IMG/VR virus record: IMGVR_UViG_3300030419_003950 | Location: 3,346-67,345 of that record | From: a virus | DNA: 64,000 bases | Direction: 5' to 3' (one strand) | In this document: in pieces, positions 18,271 through 27,680 of the stretch | Layout: each line of letters opens with the position of its first letter | Numbering within the stretch: the stretch's first letter is position 1 | Notes under the pieces: generated by a model | What the model saw: only the letters and a program-made list of their open reading frames with translations | What the model was told of the DNA's origin: nothing | Database searches by the model: none | Position numbers and translations under genes: made by a program

Positions 18271-19446
18271 TTATCTCTCAATGTTTCTTACAACCTTAAA
18301 TGACCATGCTGGGTCACTATAATAATTTATTATTTCTTCTGATGTACCACTACCACTTACAACTTTAATTGAAATATCATAATGTCTTTCTGATTGAAAA
18401 CTATCCATTCTTAGATTGAAATAATTACCTGTTGAATCACAACTAACTTTAGAACCTGTTCCAAATGGAACAATAGTTTCTTCAGTAACAGAATCTTTAA
18501 TTGAATAATAAGTTGATGCACTTGGTAGTGTTCTAATTGTTAGACCCTCAGGTGTAGTATTAAATACTCTATCATTATATCTCGGTCTACCAACTAATCT
18601 AAATCTTGATATTGATTTTTCTAAATATTCTTCTCTTATACCTTTAAAATAAATTACGGTATCTTCCAATGCACTACCTGTTAGTTGTGTTAAACTTCCT
18701 GTTGACCAACTTGAATCATCCCAAACAACCTCTAATGATGGTGGATAGATTGTGTGTGTTTCTCTTGAGAAAAATTGTAATGTCCCAAATCTTGAAGTTC
18801 CACCCTCATCTGAATCTGAATCACCACTAAAGCTATAAGATGTTCCATAGGAACCTGTTGATTCTCTCTTAATTATAAATCCATTATTAGGATATATTGA
18901 ACTTGAATGTATATGATTATTAACCAAATCAGTTACATCAAATCTAACATCTCGTTTATCATAAGTTAAATCATAAGATTGACTTATATTATATTGTGAA
19001 TATGAATCTTGTGAACCAGTAAACCATGCACCACCATCAGTAGTAATTGAACCAGTTACCCATGGTGTTTCTTTTTGTTGGTCTCTATATTTAAATGATG
19101 CACCATCTTCTGTTACAGGACTATCAAACTTTTTACCAGTTCCTGACTTCCAACTACCACTAATCATATAGATATGTAAATTTTGTTCTGCTTCTAAATC
19201 TTTTGAACCAGCATCATATAAATTTAAATAAAATTTTGCAGTAGTAGGTATCTTACCATCTTGTATTGATTTTGATACATATGAATAATCTACTTCCAAT
19301 AATATACGAGATATATTTATTGTGCTACCATCATCACTTACTTCTTTAACAACTTCAAGTATCTCATCGTGACCTGCATTTAATGATGAAGTAGTTCCAC
19401 CAGAAAATAATGTTGTATCCTTTTTTATATATTCAAAATAATGCAT
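18271..19446 (-). CDS. Virion structural protein (beta-sandwich, DNRLRE-like)
   Basis: KDTTL, AKFYLNL, FDVTDLV, NNGFIIK, FFSRE and PSLEVVW pattern. Confidence 0.5.
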   Translation of the reverse strand: MHYFEYIKKDTTLFSGGTTSSLNAGHDEILEVVKEVSDDGSTINISRILLEVDYSYVSKSIQDGKIPTTAKFYLNLYDAGSKDLEAEQNLHIYMISGSWKSGTGKKFDSPVTEDGASFKYRDQQKETPWVTGSITTDGGAWFTGSQDSYSQYNISQSYDLTYDKRDVRFDVTDLVNNHIHSSSIYPNNGFIIKRESTGSYGTSYSFSGDSDSDEGGTSRFGTLQFFSRETHTIYPPSLEVVWDDSSWSTGSLTQLTGSALEDTVIYFKGIREEYLEKSISRFRLVGRPRYNDRVFNTTPEGLTIRTLPSASTYYSIKDSVTEETIVPFGTGSKVSCDSTGNYFNLRMDSFQSERHYDISIKVVSGSGTSEEIINYYSDPAWSFKVVRNIER

Positions 19447-21422
19447 TAGAAATCTCCTACTACTCTACCCTCAATATCTGAATCTGGGAATTTTACTTCA
19501 AATATACTTGGGTCTAATGATGGATATACCACACCATCTCTTGATGCTGATGATATGTCATATATGTTACCACTATATTCACTTGTTACTAAGTGTTTAT
19601 TTTCAATACAAACTATATCTTTATTTGGATTATTGTGGTCAGGTGGAACAATACTTGCAACACCATCAACTAAAGAAATTTGATAGGCAATATCACTTAA
19701 TACTATTGGTTGACCAATTTGCCACTTATCAATTTTAAAATAGTCTTTTACCTTTTGGATTGCTCTAAATAATACATCATTTTTATTAAATCCTCTTTTT
19801 GTAATAATATTAAATCTAACACCTATATTAATAATATATGCATTTTTAATGTTGATTGCATCTGTTACCATTCTATATTGTGATAGATAAATTTTTAAAT
19901 TTTCTTTTACTGCTCTATTTACAGCAATAAGTTTTTTATTTGCATCATATCCAAGAACATACATATTTAATGCCAATGGATTTGGATTAATACTTACATT
20001 TTCATTTTCTACTACTTCACCAGTAACACTATCTACATATGTTTCAGTAGCCTTTTCTAATTGTTCATCTTGAACAATAAATGCTTTTGCAATATTACCA
20101 TATTTTTGTGGTAATGAATATATTCTTGTAATATAATCTTTTTGTGTTACTGAACGACCTTGTGCATTAAATATAGATGCTGCATTTAAACGAATAGATT
20201 CTATTGGTTCCTCACCACTACCACCTGATGCAGGTTTTGGGTTTGTAAAAGATAAACTTTCTTCTGCAGTTTGTTTTTTTGTTGAATCTAAATTATCACC
20301 TGTAATTGTAAAAGTTACATCACTTGAATTTGTGATGGTATTAGAAATTACATTATGTTCAACATCTCCACCATGATTATATTTTACGGTTAAAGTTGTA
20401 TTACTTGGTGCAAGACCAAAAGTTTTTGTTTTTAAAAAATTACTTGGGTCAAATGTTTCATCTATCTTTGAAACACCTACTCCTAAAGAAGAACCAACAC
20501 TATCTGGATTTGGTATTATTTCTTCATCAGGATTATCTGATATACCAGCACCAAACAATAATTCTGTTTTTAAATCTGTTCCTCTAATATTTGTTGAAAA
20601 TCTTTTTGAAGTTTTAATTAATTTTAATAGATAAGGTGTATCGTTTGCATATTGTGCAAGGTTTGGGTCATTGGTTGTAGAATTTTCTTCATCTTCATAT
20701 ACGGTATCTTGTGCAAGATAAGGAACTTGATACCAATTATTACCATTACTATCTGTTACAGAAATAACCTCAGTTACATTAGGTTCAGATAAAACAATTT
20801 TGTCAAACTTTTTTGCAGAAGTAAATGTAAATGTTTCTGATTTTCTTTGACCACTTTTTACGAGAGCCTTTTTAGTTAATTTAAATTCTGTTGGAACATT
20901 ACCACTTGATGGTTCCAATGCCTCTTTAACAAGTGGGTCTAATGAACTTGACACTTTAAAGTTAACATCATCCAACATAGTAAAATCAACACCACTTGTT
21001 GATGATACAACACTATTAGAACTCATTATACCAGCATAACTTAAATCAGGAATATACTCATCCGATGCATTTACCTTTGCAGGAACATTCATTGATACTT
21101 CTATCTCTGCAGTTGCAGGTGAAGCTGTTTTTGGTTTGTATCCTAAAGATTGTGCAATATCATAAATATTCTTTTTCTCTTCTGCTTGTAAAATTAATGT
21201 TTCTCTAAATTGATTATCCACATAAAAATTTAATACATCACCAACATATGCTGCCATCTCTATAAACATCATACCTGGGTCTGATTCATTAAAGTCATTA
21301 TATGTATTTGGAAAATATGATTTTGCAAACTCAATAATATTCTGTCTTATTGTTGAGAAATCTCTTCCAAGATAATTTACTTCTTTTTTAACTACTTTTT
21401 TATTTGTTCCATAATCAGACAT
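19446..21422 (-). CDS. Baseplate wedge subunit (T4 gp6-like)
   Basis: RDFSTIR, YNDFNESDPG, LGYKP, GGSGEE and RSVTQKDY motifs. Confidence 0.85.
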   Translation of the reverse strand: MSDYGTNKKVVKKEVNYLGRDFSTIRQNIIEFAKSYFPNTYNDFNESDPGMMFIEMAAYVGDVLNFYVDNQFRETLILQAEEKKNIYDIAQSLGYKPKTASPATAEIEVSMNVPAKVNASDEYIPDLSYAGIMSSNSVVSSTSGVDFTMLDDVNFKVSSSLDPLVKEALEPSSGNVPTEFKLTKKALVKSGQRKSETFTFTSAKKFDKIVLSEPNVTEVISVTDSNGNNWYQVPYLAQDTVYEDEENSTTNDPNLAQYANDTPYLLKLIKTSKRFSTNIRGTDLKTELLFGAGISDNPDEEIIPNPDSVGSSLGVGVSKIDETFDPSNFLKTKTFGLAPSNTTLTVKYNHGGDVEHNVISNTITNSSDVTFTITGDNLDSTKKQTAEESLSFTNPKPASGGSGEEPIESIRLNAASIFNAQGRSVTQKDYITRIYSLPQKYGNIAKAFIVQDEQLEKATETYVDSVTGEVVENENVSINPNPLALNMYVLGYDANKKLIAVNRAVKENLKIYLSQYRMVTDAINIKNAYIINIGVRFNIITKRGFNKNDVLFRAIQKVKDYFKIDKWQIGQPIVLSDIAYQISLVDGVASIVPPDHNNPNKDIVCIENKHLVTSEYSGNIYDISSASRDGVVYPSLDPSIFEVKFPDSDIEGRVVGDF

Positions 21423-21424
21423 TT

Positions 21425-21844
21425 TTATGCTCCAACACTTCTATTAAAATTGAATGTTATATTTTCTAAAGATTCTTTTTCAGTCTCTATAAAGTATTCT
21501 AATTGTATTTGTACCAAATTAGGATTACTTGCATCTTGAACCACGAATATATTATTAACATTAACATAAGGTAACCAATTTTCAATTGCATCTCTGATAG
21601 TTTCCTCTATCTTATTATCAAAGTCGTCTACGATTGGTTCAAATAATAAATTTGTTAGTTCCGAACCAAATTCTGGTTGGAAAGGTCTTTCACCTTTTGA
21701 TGTTAACAACAAATTTCTAAGATTTGATTTAGTTTGCTCTAATAAAGTTTTACTTTGGTTAAAAGTAGAAAAAAGATTACTCGTCATTGGAAATCTTAAT
21801 CCGACAAACTTGTCAGGATTTTTATCTGTTGCTCTTACACCCAT
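21425..21844 (-). CDS. Baseplate protein gp25/GpW-like
   Basis: NLLLTSKGERPFQPEFGS...LLFEP motif. Confidence 0.9.
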   Translation of the reverse strand: MGVRATDKNPDKFVGLRFPMTSNLFSTFNQSKTLLEQTKSNLRNLLLTSKGERPFQPEFGSELTNLLFEPIVDDFDNKIEETIRDAIENWLPYVNVNNIFVVQDASNPNLVQIQLEYFIETEKESLENITFNFNRSVGA

Positions 21845-21847
21845 TTA

Positions 21848-22333
21848 TTATTTTTTTCCCTTGAATTTATCATGATTTATTAAATCACTATAGTCACGAG
21901 TCAATGCATTCTTTAATGAATCTGGTAATTGTTCTGAAGTAACTCCTGCCTCTTTCATAGTTTGGACTGCTGCTATTTCTCTTTGAACTTTTTTATCACC
22001 ACCTGCTACGAGACCATCTCCATAACCTAACAACTCTGCTGCTCGTGATGAATCAAATGTTCCATTACCCATTGTAGGCCATTCAGAATCTTCTGTTTCA
22101 CCTTGACTTAAACCTATAGTTTCATTTAACACTTCATTCAATGGCTCATTTTTTGTAAACTGAACCTTTTCCTTTTTCTCAATAGGTTTGATTTTTTCCA
22201 CATTTTTTATGGTTTCTTTTGCGAGAGACTTAAGAGATTGTTTGTTCTCCTTTATAAATATCTCATTGACTTGTTTTTTTACTTCTTTACGAACTACTAA
22301 TTCTATTATTTTTATTAGTTCTGTTTTTTTCAT
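21848..22333 (-). CDS. Hypothetical protein
   Basis: ORF with AGGAG RBS. Confidence 0.6.
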   Translation of the reverse strand: MKKTELIKIIELVVRKEVKKQVNEIFIKENKQSLKSLAKETIKNVEKIKPIEKKEKVQFTKNEPLNEVLNETIGLSQGETEDSEWPTMGNGTFDSSRAAELLGYGDGLVAGGDKKVQREIAAVQTMKEAGVTSEQLPDSLKNALTRDYSDLINHDKFKGKK

Positions 22334-22345
22334 GTTATTACTCCT

Positions 22346-22780
22346 TTATGTAACCGTGTATACCCCACTAAATGTTGCACCACTACTTGTATTAGTAAAT
22401 ATCACCGTATCTAAATGTTCTTTAAAATAATTACCCATATTATTTAAAAATCCATCTAATGTATTAGATTCCCATGTTGATGTGGGTGGTGTTCCACCAG
22501 CAGTTACAAATACACCATTAGTTAATGCCGTCCAATATAAAACTAATCCTGCACCAACACCATCAAGTAATACTGATACTGATTGTGATTGTAATCCTGC
22601 TTTCATTGGTGTTAATATTAAATCTTTATTTCCTGTTTGCATATTATATGCACCACCACCACTTGTTATAGTATTGTGATATTCATCCACAATAAACTCT
22701 GCACATTCATCAGTTGTTTCAAAAAACTGACCATTGTTCATTTTACTTCTATAATTATCTTGTAATGTATCAAATGACAT
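22346..22780 (-). CDS. Hypothetical protein, baseplate region
   Basis: Coupled to the upstream spike gene. Confidence 0.55.
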   Translation of the reverse strand: MSFDTLQDNYRSKMNNGQFFETTDECAEFIVDEYHNTITSGGGAYNMQTGNKDLILTPMKAGLQSQSVSVLLDGVGAGLVLYWTALTNGVFVTAGGTPPTSTWESNTLDGFLNNMGNYFKEHLDTVIFTNTSSGATFSGVYTVT

Positions 22781-23937
22781 TACTTATCAATTCTATGTTT
22801 ATCACTTAATGCATCTTTCACTGCACTCATAGCACTTGTTACTGCACTCCAATTAGGTGCTGCACTTACAGGTCCTGGTGTTGGGCCTGTTGGTGTTGGT
22901 ATACCAGTCACTCCACCAATTGCAGTAACCAATGCATCTAACTTATCATATAGTATTTGTCCCAACACTTGTGGTTCAGTTCCACTATCATCACCTATCT
23001 TAACTTCAGGTGATTCCATTACAATTTTATTAACTGCACCTATTGAAACATTATCACTTGAATATAATCCAATACTATCTGTTCGTGTAGTAAAAATTAT
23101 TCTATCACTACGAACTTGTATTTGTGACTTATCATAATCAAGTGAGTCTTGTATTACTTTAGATGTTATTGGTAGTTCTAAGTTTACTTTTTCATTATAA
23201 GTCATATTAATAGAACTCAAATCTTCTTTAATAGACTCAACTGCTAAATTATCATTTACAAATCCTGATACACCATTTGTTATTTTTATACTTGGTGATA
23301 TTTCTTGTTCATCAATTTGGTTACTACCTAATCTAATCATATTACCAAATCGTCCATTAAGAATTGTATCACCCTCAAACATAACAGGTCGTTTTACATC
23401 TTTATCTGCTGTATAATAAAAACCAGGTTTATACTTATCTGAATTTACCATTGGTGACCTATCCCAAGTAAAGTCAGATTGTTTTACATTTGCATTTTTA
23501 TTTGTTAAATTACTAATACCTGGTCTTGCCATATTAGTTGGTGAATTATTTAAATGAACAAATCCTAAATAATATCTTTCACCATTATCAACATATCCAT
23601 ATACAACTTCACCTGCTACAGGTATTCTTTGTATATCTGGCATCAATGGTCTAAACCAACTACAACTACTTATATTTACATTATCTTCTGAAAGTAAAAA
23701 TCTACCTTTTATACCACCATAATAAGTATAGTCAGGTTCCCCATCTATTTTTCTTCGTGGTAAATCTTCTTCTTGTAAACAAACATTCAATACTTCAACT
23801 GGTTCTAATTCATAAAATAAGTCACTATCTTGATTTAATTTATTTATAAGATTTTGACTTTGTGCTGTTACTAAACCAGTTTTATCTTTACCAACACCAG
23901 GTGATGTAGTTTGTTTAACTTTTAATGTTACTGGCAT
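22780..23937 (-). CDS. Baseplate hub/central spike protein (gp5/gpV-like)
   Basis: N-terminal OB-like P..GEVV; EGDTILNGRFGNMIRLG; beta-helix strands; C-terminal PTGPTPGP. Confidence 0.6.
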   Translation of the reverse strand: MPVTLKVKQTTSPGVGKDKTGLVTAQSQNLINKLNQDSDLFYELEPVEVLNVCLQEEDLPRRKIDGEPDYTYYGGIKGRFLLSEDNVNISSCSWFRPLMPDIQRIPVAGEVVYGYVDNGERYYLGFVHLNNSPTNMARPGISNLTNKNANVKQSDFTWDRSPMVNSDKYKPGFYYTADKDVKRPVMFEGDTILNGRFGNMIRLGSNQIDEQEISPSIKITNGVSGFVNDNLAVESIKEDLSSINMTYNEKVNLELPITSKVIQDSLDYDKSQIQVRSDRIIFTTRTDSIGLYSSDNVSIGAVNKIVMESPEVKIGDDSGTEPQVLGQILYDKLDALVTAIGGVTGIPTPTGPTPGPVSAAPNWSAVTSAMSAVKDALSDKHRIDK

Positions 23938-23947
23938 TATTTATCCT

Positions 23948-24337
23948 TTAGTCTTGATTCAAACTCGCCTGAATAGTATCAGAATGACTTTGTAACTCTT
24001 GAACATCGTCTTCTATTGCATCCATTAATTGTTTCTTTTCTGCATCTGTAAGTCCGAATTCATCTCCACTATCGTTACTAATTCTTCCCTCAGCTGCCAT
24101 TATTCTTTGAACCACGGTTGCTAATTTAACTAATTGTTCATCATTTTTAACATTTATTTCTAAATATTCTTTTAACATAGGTATTATTTGCACAGCCGTA
24201 TCACCATCTTTAATAAACCCTACTACCTCTTTCATCAATACTTCTAATTGTTGTTTATTGGTTTTGGAATTATCATAGATGTCTTTGAATACATCTGATA
24301 AGGTTTTACCCTCAAATATTTCGTAATCATTTGCCAT
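23948..24337 (-). CDS. Helical hypothetical protein
   Basis: Clean ORF preceded by a TATTTAT motif. Confidence 0.6.
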   Translation of the reverse strand: MANDYEIFEGKTLSDVFKDIYDNSKTNKQQLEVLMKEVVGFIKDGDTAVQIIPMLKEYLEINVKNDEQLVKLATVVQRIMAAEGRISNDSGDEFGLTDAEKKQLMDAIEDDVQELQSHSDTIQASLNQD

Positions 24338-24478
24338 AATTTTGCCTATACATTATCAATAATAAATATTAAAACTTCAAAAAATGTTTATATATAAATA
24401 TATATCAACCCATGAAAGTCTCATATATACAATAGTTATTTAAGTCGGTGGAAATCCGACTATAACGGAGAAACAAAA

Positions 24479-24700
24479 ATGAAGGAAATCATAACAATAG
24501 TTAAGGGATATGTAGATGATTTAGCTCATCTTCTTTTATCCTTGGTTGCCATAGGTGCTGTTTCTGAAGTAATTTTTGGAACTGGTATCTTCGGTGTAAA
24601 TGTTATCGGTAACCTAACATCAATCATAAACACATTCGGCGAATCTGGATTCGCTGGACTCGTCGCATTGTTGGTGTTGGTGGGTTTATTCCGTAAATAG
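24479..24700 (+). CDS. Small two-TM membrane protein
   Basis: GGAG RBS, two hydrophobic helices, own terminator. Confidence 0.75.
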   Translation: MKEIITIVKGYVDDLAHLLLSLVAIGAVSEVIFGTGIFGVNVIGNLTSIINTFGESGFAGLVALLVLVGLFRK

Positions 24701-24723
24701 TACTAATTCGGATAGAAGTAAAT

Positions 24724-24755
24724 AAAAAAGGGTGGGATTTTTCTCACCCTTTTTT
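24724..24755. terminator. Intrinsic terminator, potentially bidirectional
   Basis: AAAAAAGGGTGGGA-TTTT-TCTCACCCTTTTTT. Confidence 0.8.
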
Positions 24756-24828
24756 GTTATATTAAAATATTTATATTTAATCAACCGCATATGTGTTGAT
24801 TATTAACGCGTTAGTACAGGAGTATATT

Positions 24829-25026
24829 ATGAAGACAATACTAACTGGTATACTTTCTCTTTTAATTCTCTTTGGTTCAGTTCCAACTGCACAAGCATCT
24901 GATATGAATAATAAAGCTGGTATGGAAGAAGTGAAGAAGAAGAAAAAGAAGAAAGGAAAGAAACTTGGTGAAAAAGGTAAGAAGAAGAAAAAGGGTTTTT
25001 GGTCTAAAGTCTTTGGAACTAAGTAG
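24829..25026 (+). CDS. Exported poly-Lys peptide
   Basis: AGGAG RBS before MKTILTG, signal peptide AQA-S, KKKKKKKGKK tail. Confidence 0.65.
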   Translation: MKTILTGILSLLILFGSVPTAQASDMNNKAGMEEVKKKKKKKGKKLGEKGKKKKKGFWSKVFGTK

Positions 25027-25035
25027 TATTAAAAT

Positions 25036-25064
25036 AAAAAAGGGAAGTGAAAACTTCCCTTTTT
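25036..25064. terminator. Bidirectional intrinsic terminator between convergent genes
   Basis: AAAAAGGGAAGT-GAAA-ACTTCCCTTTTT. Confidence 0.85.
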
Positions 25065-25066
25065 AT

Positions 25067-25981
25067 TTACCAAAATTTATTATTGGTGTTTATAATATAA
25101 TCTTCAAAATTATCTTTAAATTTTCCTAATCGTTTTGCAGTTTCTTTTGGATTACCCTTTGAAAACATTAAAACATTTTGATGTGATTTAGGAACTTTTC
25201 TACTTGTGTTCATAAATTTTTCTGCTCTCATACCTGCAGTTGCAGGTTCTTGTAATAAAATCATTTCATTATAATAAGACATTCCAGCATCTTCAAACGC
25301 CTGAATCGTATCTGAAACAAAACCAACATAAGAATCTTTTTCTCTTACCTCACCAACAACAAATACCGCAAAAGAATTATCTTCTAATTTATCACAAGAT
25401 TTTTTAATAATTTCTCTATATTGTTTTAAAAAAGTTTTATAATCCATATTAGAAATATCTTCTGGGTTATCTGAATATTGTTCAAGATTATAATAAGGTG
25501 GACAAGAAAATAAAAAATTATATTTACCTTTTACCTTATCTATATTTAAAGAATTATCATTTATCCAAGTTGGTATGTGAGTATCACATATTTTTTTACC
25601 TTGAATTATATTGTGTTCTATTTGGTTTTTTGATAAATCAACACCAGTATAATTTCTTTTTAATTTACTTGCAACAATTCCTCTAACTGAACCACCTGCA
25701 AAACAATCTAAAATTTTATCATCTTCTTTTGTAAACCATCTATAAATACATTCACATAAAACAGGGTCAAATACAGAAGTGCTATTCTGTCTCATTTGTT
25801 TCATCAAATTACTAAGACTTAAAAGATTTTCTTCCCTACCTAATTCACTTTCTATACCAAGTTCGTTCCACACTTTTTTTCTTTTTTTCCATCTAAGAGA
25901 TTTCACATCAAGAATACTAATAGGTGGTATTACGAATACTTGTTCAAGTCTACCAGAGCGTGATTTTATTTCATCGTTCAT
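25067..25981 (-). CDS. Amino-methyltransferase-fold DNA modification enzyme
   Basis: LDCFAGGSVRG (motif I) and FSCPPYY (motif IV). Confidence 0.8.
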   Translation of the reverse strand: MNDEIKSRSGRLEQVFVIPPISILDVKSLRWKKRKKVWNELGIESELGREENLLSLSNLMKQMRQNSTSVFDPVLCECIYRWFTKEDDKILDCFAGGSVRGIVASKLKRNYTGVDLSKNQIEHNIIQGKKICDTHIPTWINDNSLNIDKVKGKYNFLFSCPPYYNLEQYSDNPEDISNMDYKTFLKQYREIIKKSCDKLEDNSFAVFVVGEVREKDSYVGFVSDTIQAFEDAGMSYYNEMILLQEPATAGMRAEKFMNTSRKVPKSHQNVLMFSKGNPKETAKRLGKFKDNFEDYIINTNNKFW

Positions 25982-27678
25982 ATTTTTTCAATTTTTATTC
26001 TTGCATTATTATGTCCGAAACTTCGGTGTATATAATTATACCCTATTTTCTTCTTAATGAAAAGTTTTTCAAACATATCATCAATTTTATTTTGTTCATT
26101 TTTTAAATAGTCTGTATGACATCCAACTTGAAAAGTTTTTTTAGGTCTCCACAATAACTCTTCTGATATTTCACCTTCAAAAGCTTTTCTTAAAATATAT
26201 TTCATCACATTACCATCATCTATTTTTGTATCAAATACTTCTGTTTTTGTTCTAAGTGAATGATTTTCATCTCGATATTTTGTTGGTATTGTTAATCCAA
26301 AATCTATAACTTCTTTATTTAAAAATGGTGTTCTCAATTCTACCTTTCCACCATACATCATTGATTTGTTTGTTCGAACTAAATTACTTTTATGTAAACC
26401 ATTTAACAAATTAATTCTCTTTTGATGCCAATGAATTGGTTGATTCCAACAAAATCTTTTTACATCACCATATGAAGCAAATATCTCATCAGCTCCCTCA
26501 CCACCAAATACAACTTTAAATCCTTTATCTCTTATTTCCCAAGATAAAAATAATTGTGCTACTGCTGGTGAAACTTGTGTCCACTTATGTGTTTCACTTG
26601 CCCATATACTTTCTTCTAAAACTCTTTCAATATCTTTTCTATCTACATTAACCTCGTGTAATTTAATTCCAAATTCTTTTGCGGCCATTCGGGCATAATG
26701 TAAATCATCTTTATATTTTGATTTTCTTGTAGGATTAACATTAACCACAAATGCTTCTAAATTAGGAAATTTCTTTGATAGTAAATAAGTAATAATTGTG
26801 CTATCAATTCCACCACTTAATATTGTACATATTGGAACATCACTAATAGTTTCATCATCAACAGCCTTTTCCAATACTTCTCTAAATCCTTTTGTATAAT
26901 AATCTAATCCTTTATCTTCTGTATCAAAATTTATAAATTGTTCTTCATCTCTTGTATAATATGATTTACCATTTTTATCATAATCTTTTTTAAAATCAAA
27001 CCATTTAGTTTCTTCCATCCCATATTCATTCGGCACAAATGGATGTGGTTTAAAATGTATTAATGTGCCAGGTAAAACTGGATGTATTGTTTCTTTATCT
27101 CTCCATTCAGATAGTGGTTGATATTTTTTAGTTTTTACATCTACTTTATAATATGATTCATTTAACCCAATTACTAAACCTTTAGCCTCACTTGTATAGG
27201 CAAACCTATTACCATCATAATAGAAATACAAAGGTAAACGGCCGATAAAATCTCTACCCAAATAAGTTTCATCCTTTTCACTATCGTAAAGTGCAAAACA
27301 AAACATACCATCAAGTTCGTTTAACGCCGTTGGAATATCATCAAGGTGGTGTATCAAATAATAAAGTAAAAGTTCCGAATCAGAGTTCTTTGATTTAAAG
27401 TTATAAAGTTTACGAAGTTTCTTATCAAATTTTTCAAAGGATGGCTTCCACAACTCACCATTAAATGCCAAATAAAATCTCGAATCATCGGACACCATAG
27501 GTTGATTTGCAACTTCCGATAAATCTTGTATAGATAATCGATTATGCGAGATATAATTTTTCCATTTTTCAAATGAGAATATAGTGTTACCATCTGTTCC
27601 CCTATGCATCATACTCTGTAATCCTTTAATTACCCTATCTTCTGAGTTAAATGCATTACCGCCTATAATTCCACACAT
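25978..27678 (-). CDS. asnB: Asparagine-synthetase-B-like amidotransferase
   Basis: MCGI Ntn Cys, HNRLSIQD, FNGEL, LSGGIDS PP-loop, GEGADEIF, RTPFL. Confidence 0.85.
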   Translation of the reverse strand: MCGIIGGNAFNSEDRVIKGLQSMMHRGTDGNTIFSFEKWKNYISHNRLSIQDLSEVANQPMVSDDSRFYLAFNGELWKPSFEKFDKKLRKLYNFKSKNSDSELLLYYLIHHLDDIPTALNELDGMFCFALYDSEKDETYLGRDFIGRLPLYFYYDGNRFAYTSEAKGLVIGLNESYYKVDVKTKKYQPLSEWRDKETIHPVLPGTLIHFKPHPFVPNEYGMEETKWFDFKKDYDKNGKSYYTRDEEQFINFDTEDKGLDYYTKGFREVLEKAVDDETISDVPICTILSGGIDSTIITYLLSKKFPNLEAFVVNVNPTRKSKYKDDLHYARMAAKEFGIKLHEVNVDRKDIERVLEESIWASETHKWTQVSPAVAQLFLSWEIRDKGFKVVFGGEGADEIFASYGDVKRFCWNQPIHWHQKRINLLNGLHKSNLVRTNKSMMYGGKVELRTPFLNKEVIDFGLTIPTKYRDENHSLRTKTEVFDTKIDDGNVMKYILRKAFEGEISEELLWRPKKTFQVGCHTDYLKNEQNKIDDMFEKLFIKKKIGYNYIHRSFGHNNARIKIEKI

Positions 27679-27680
27679 AT

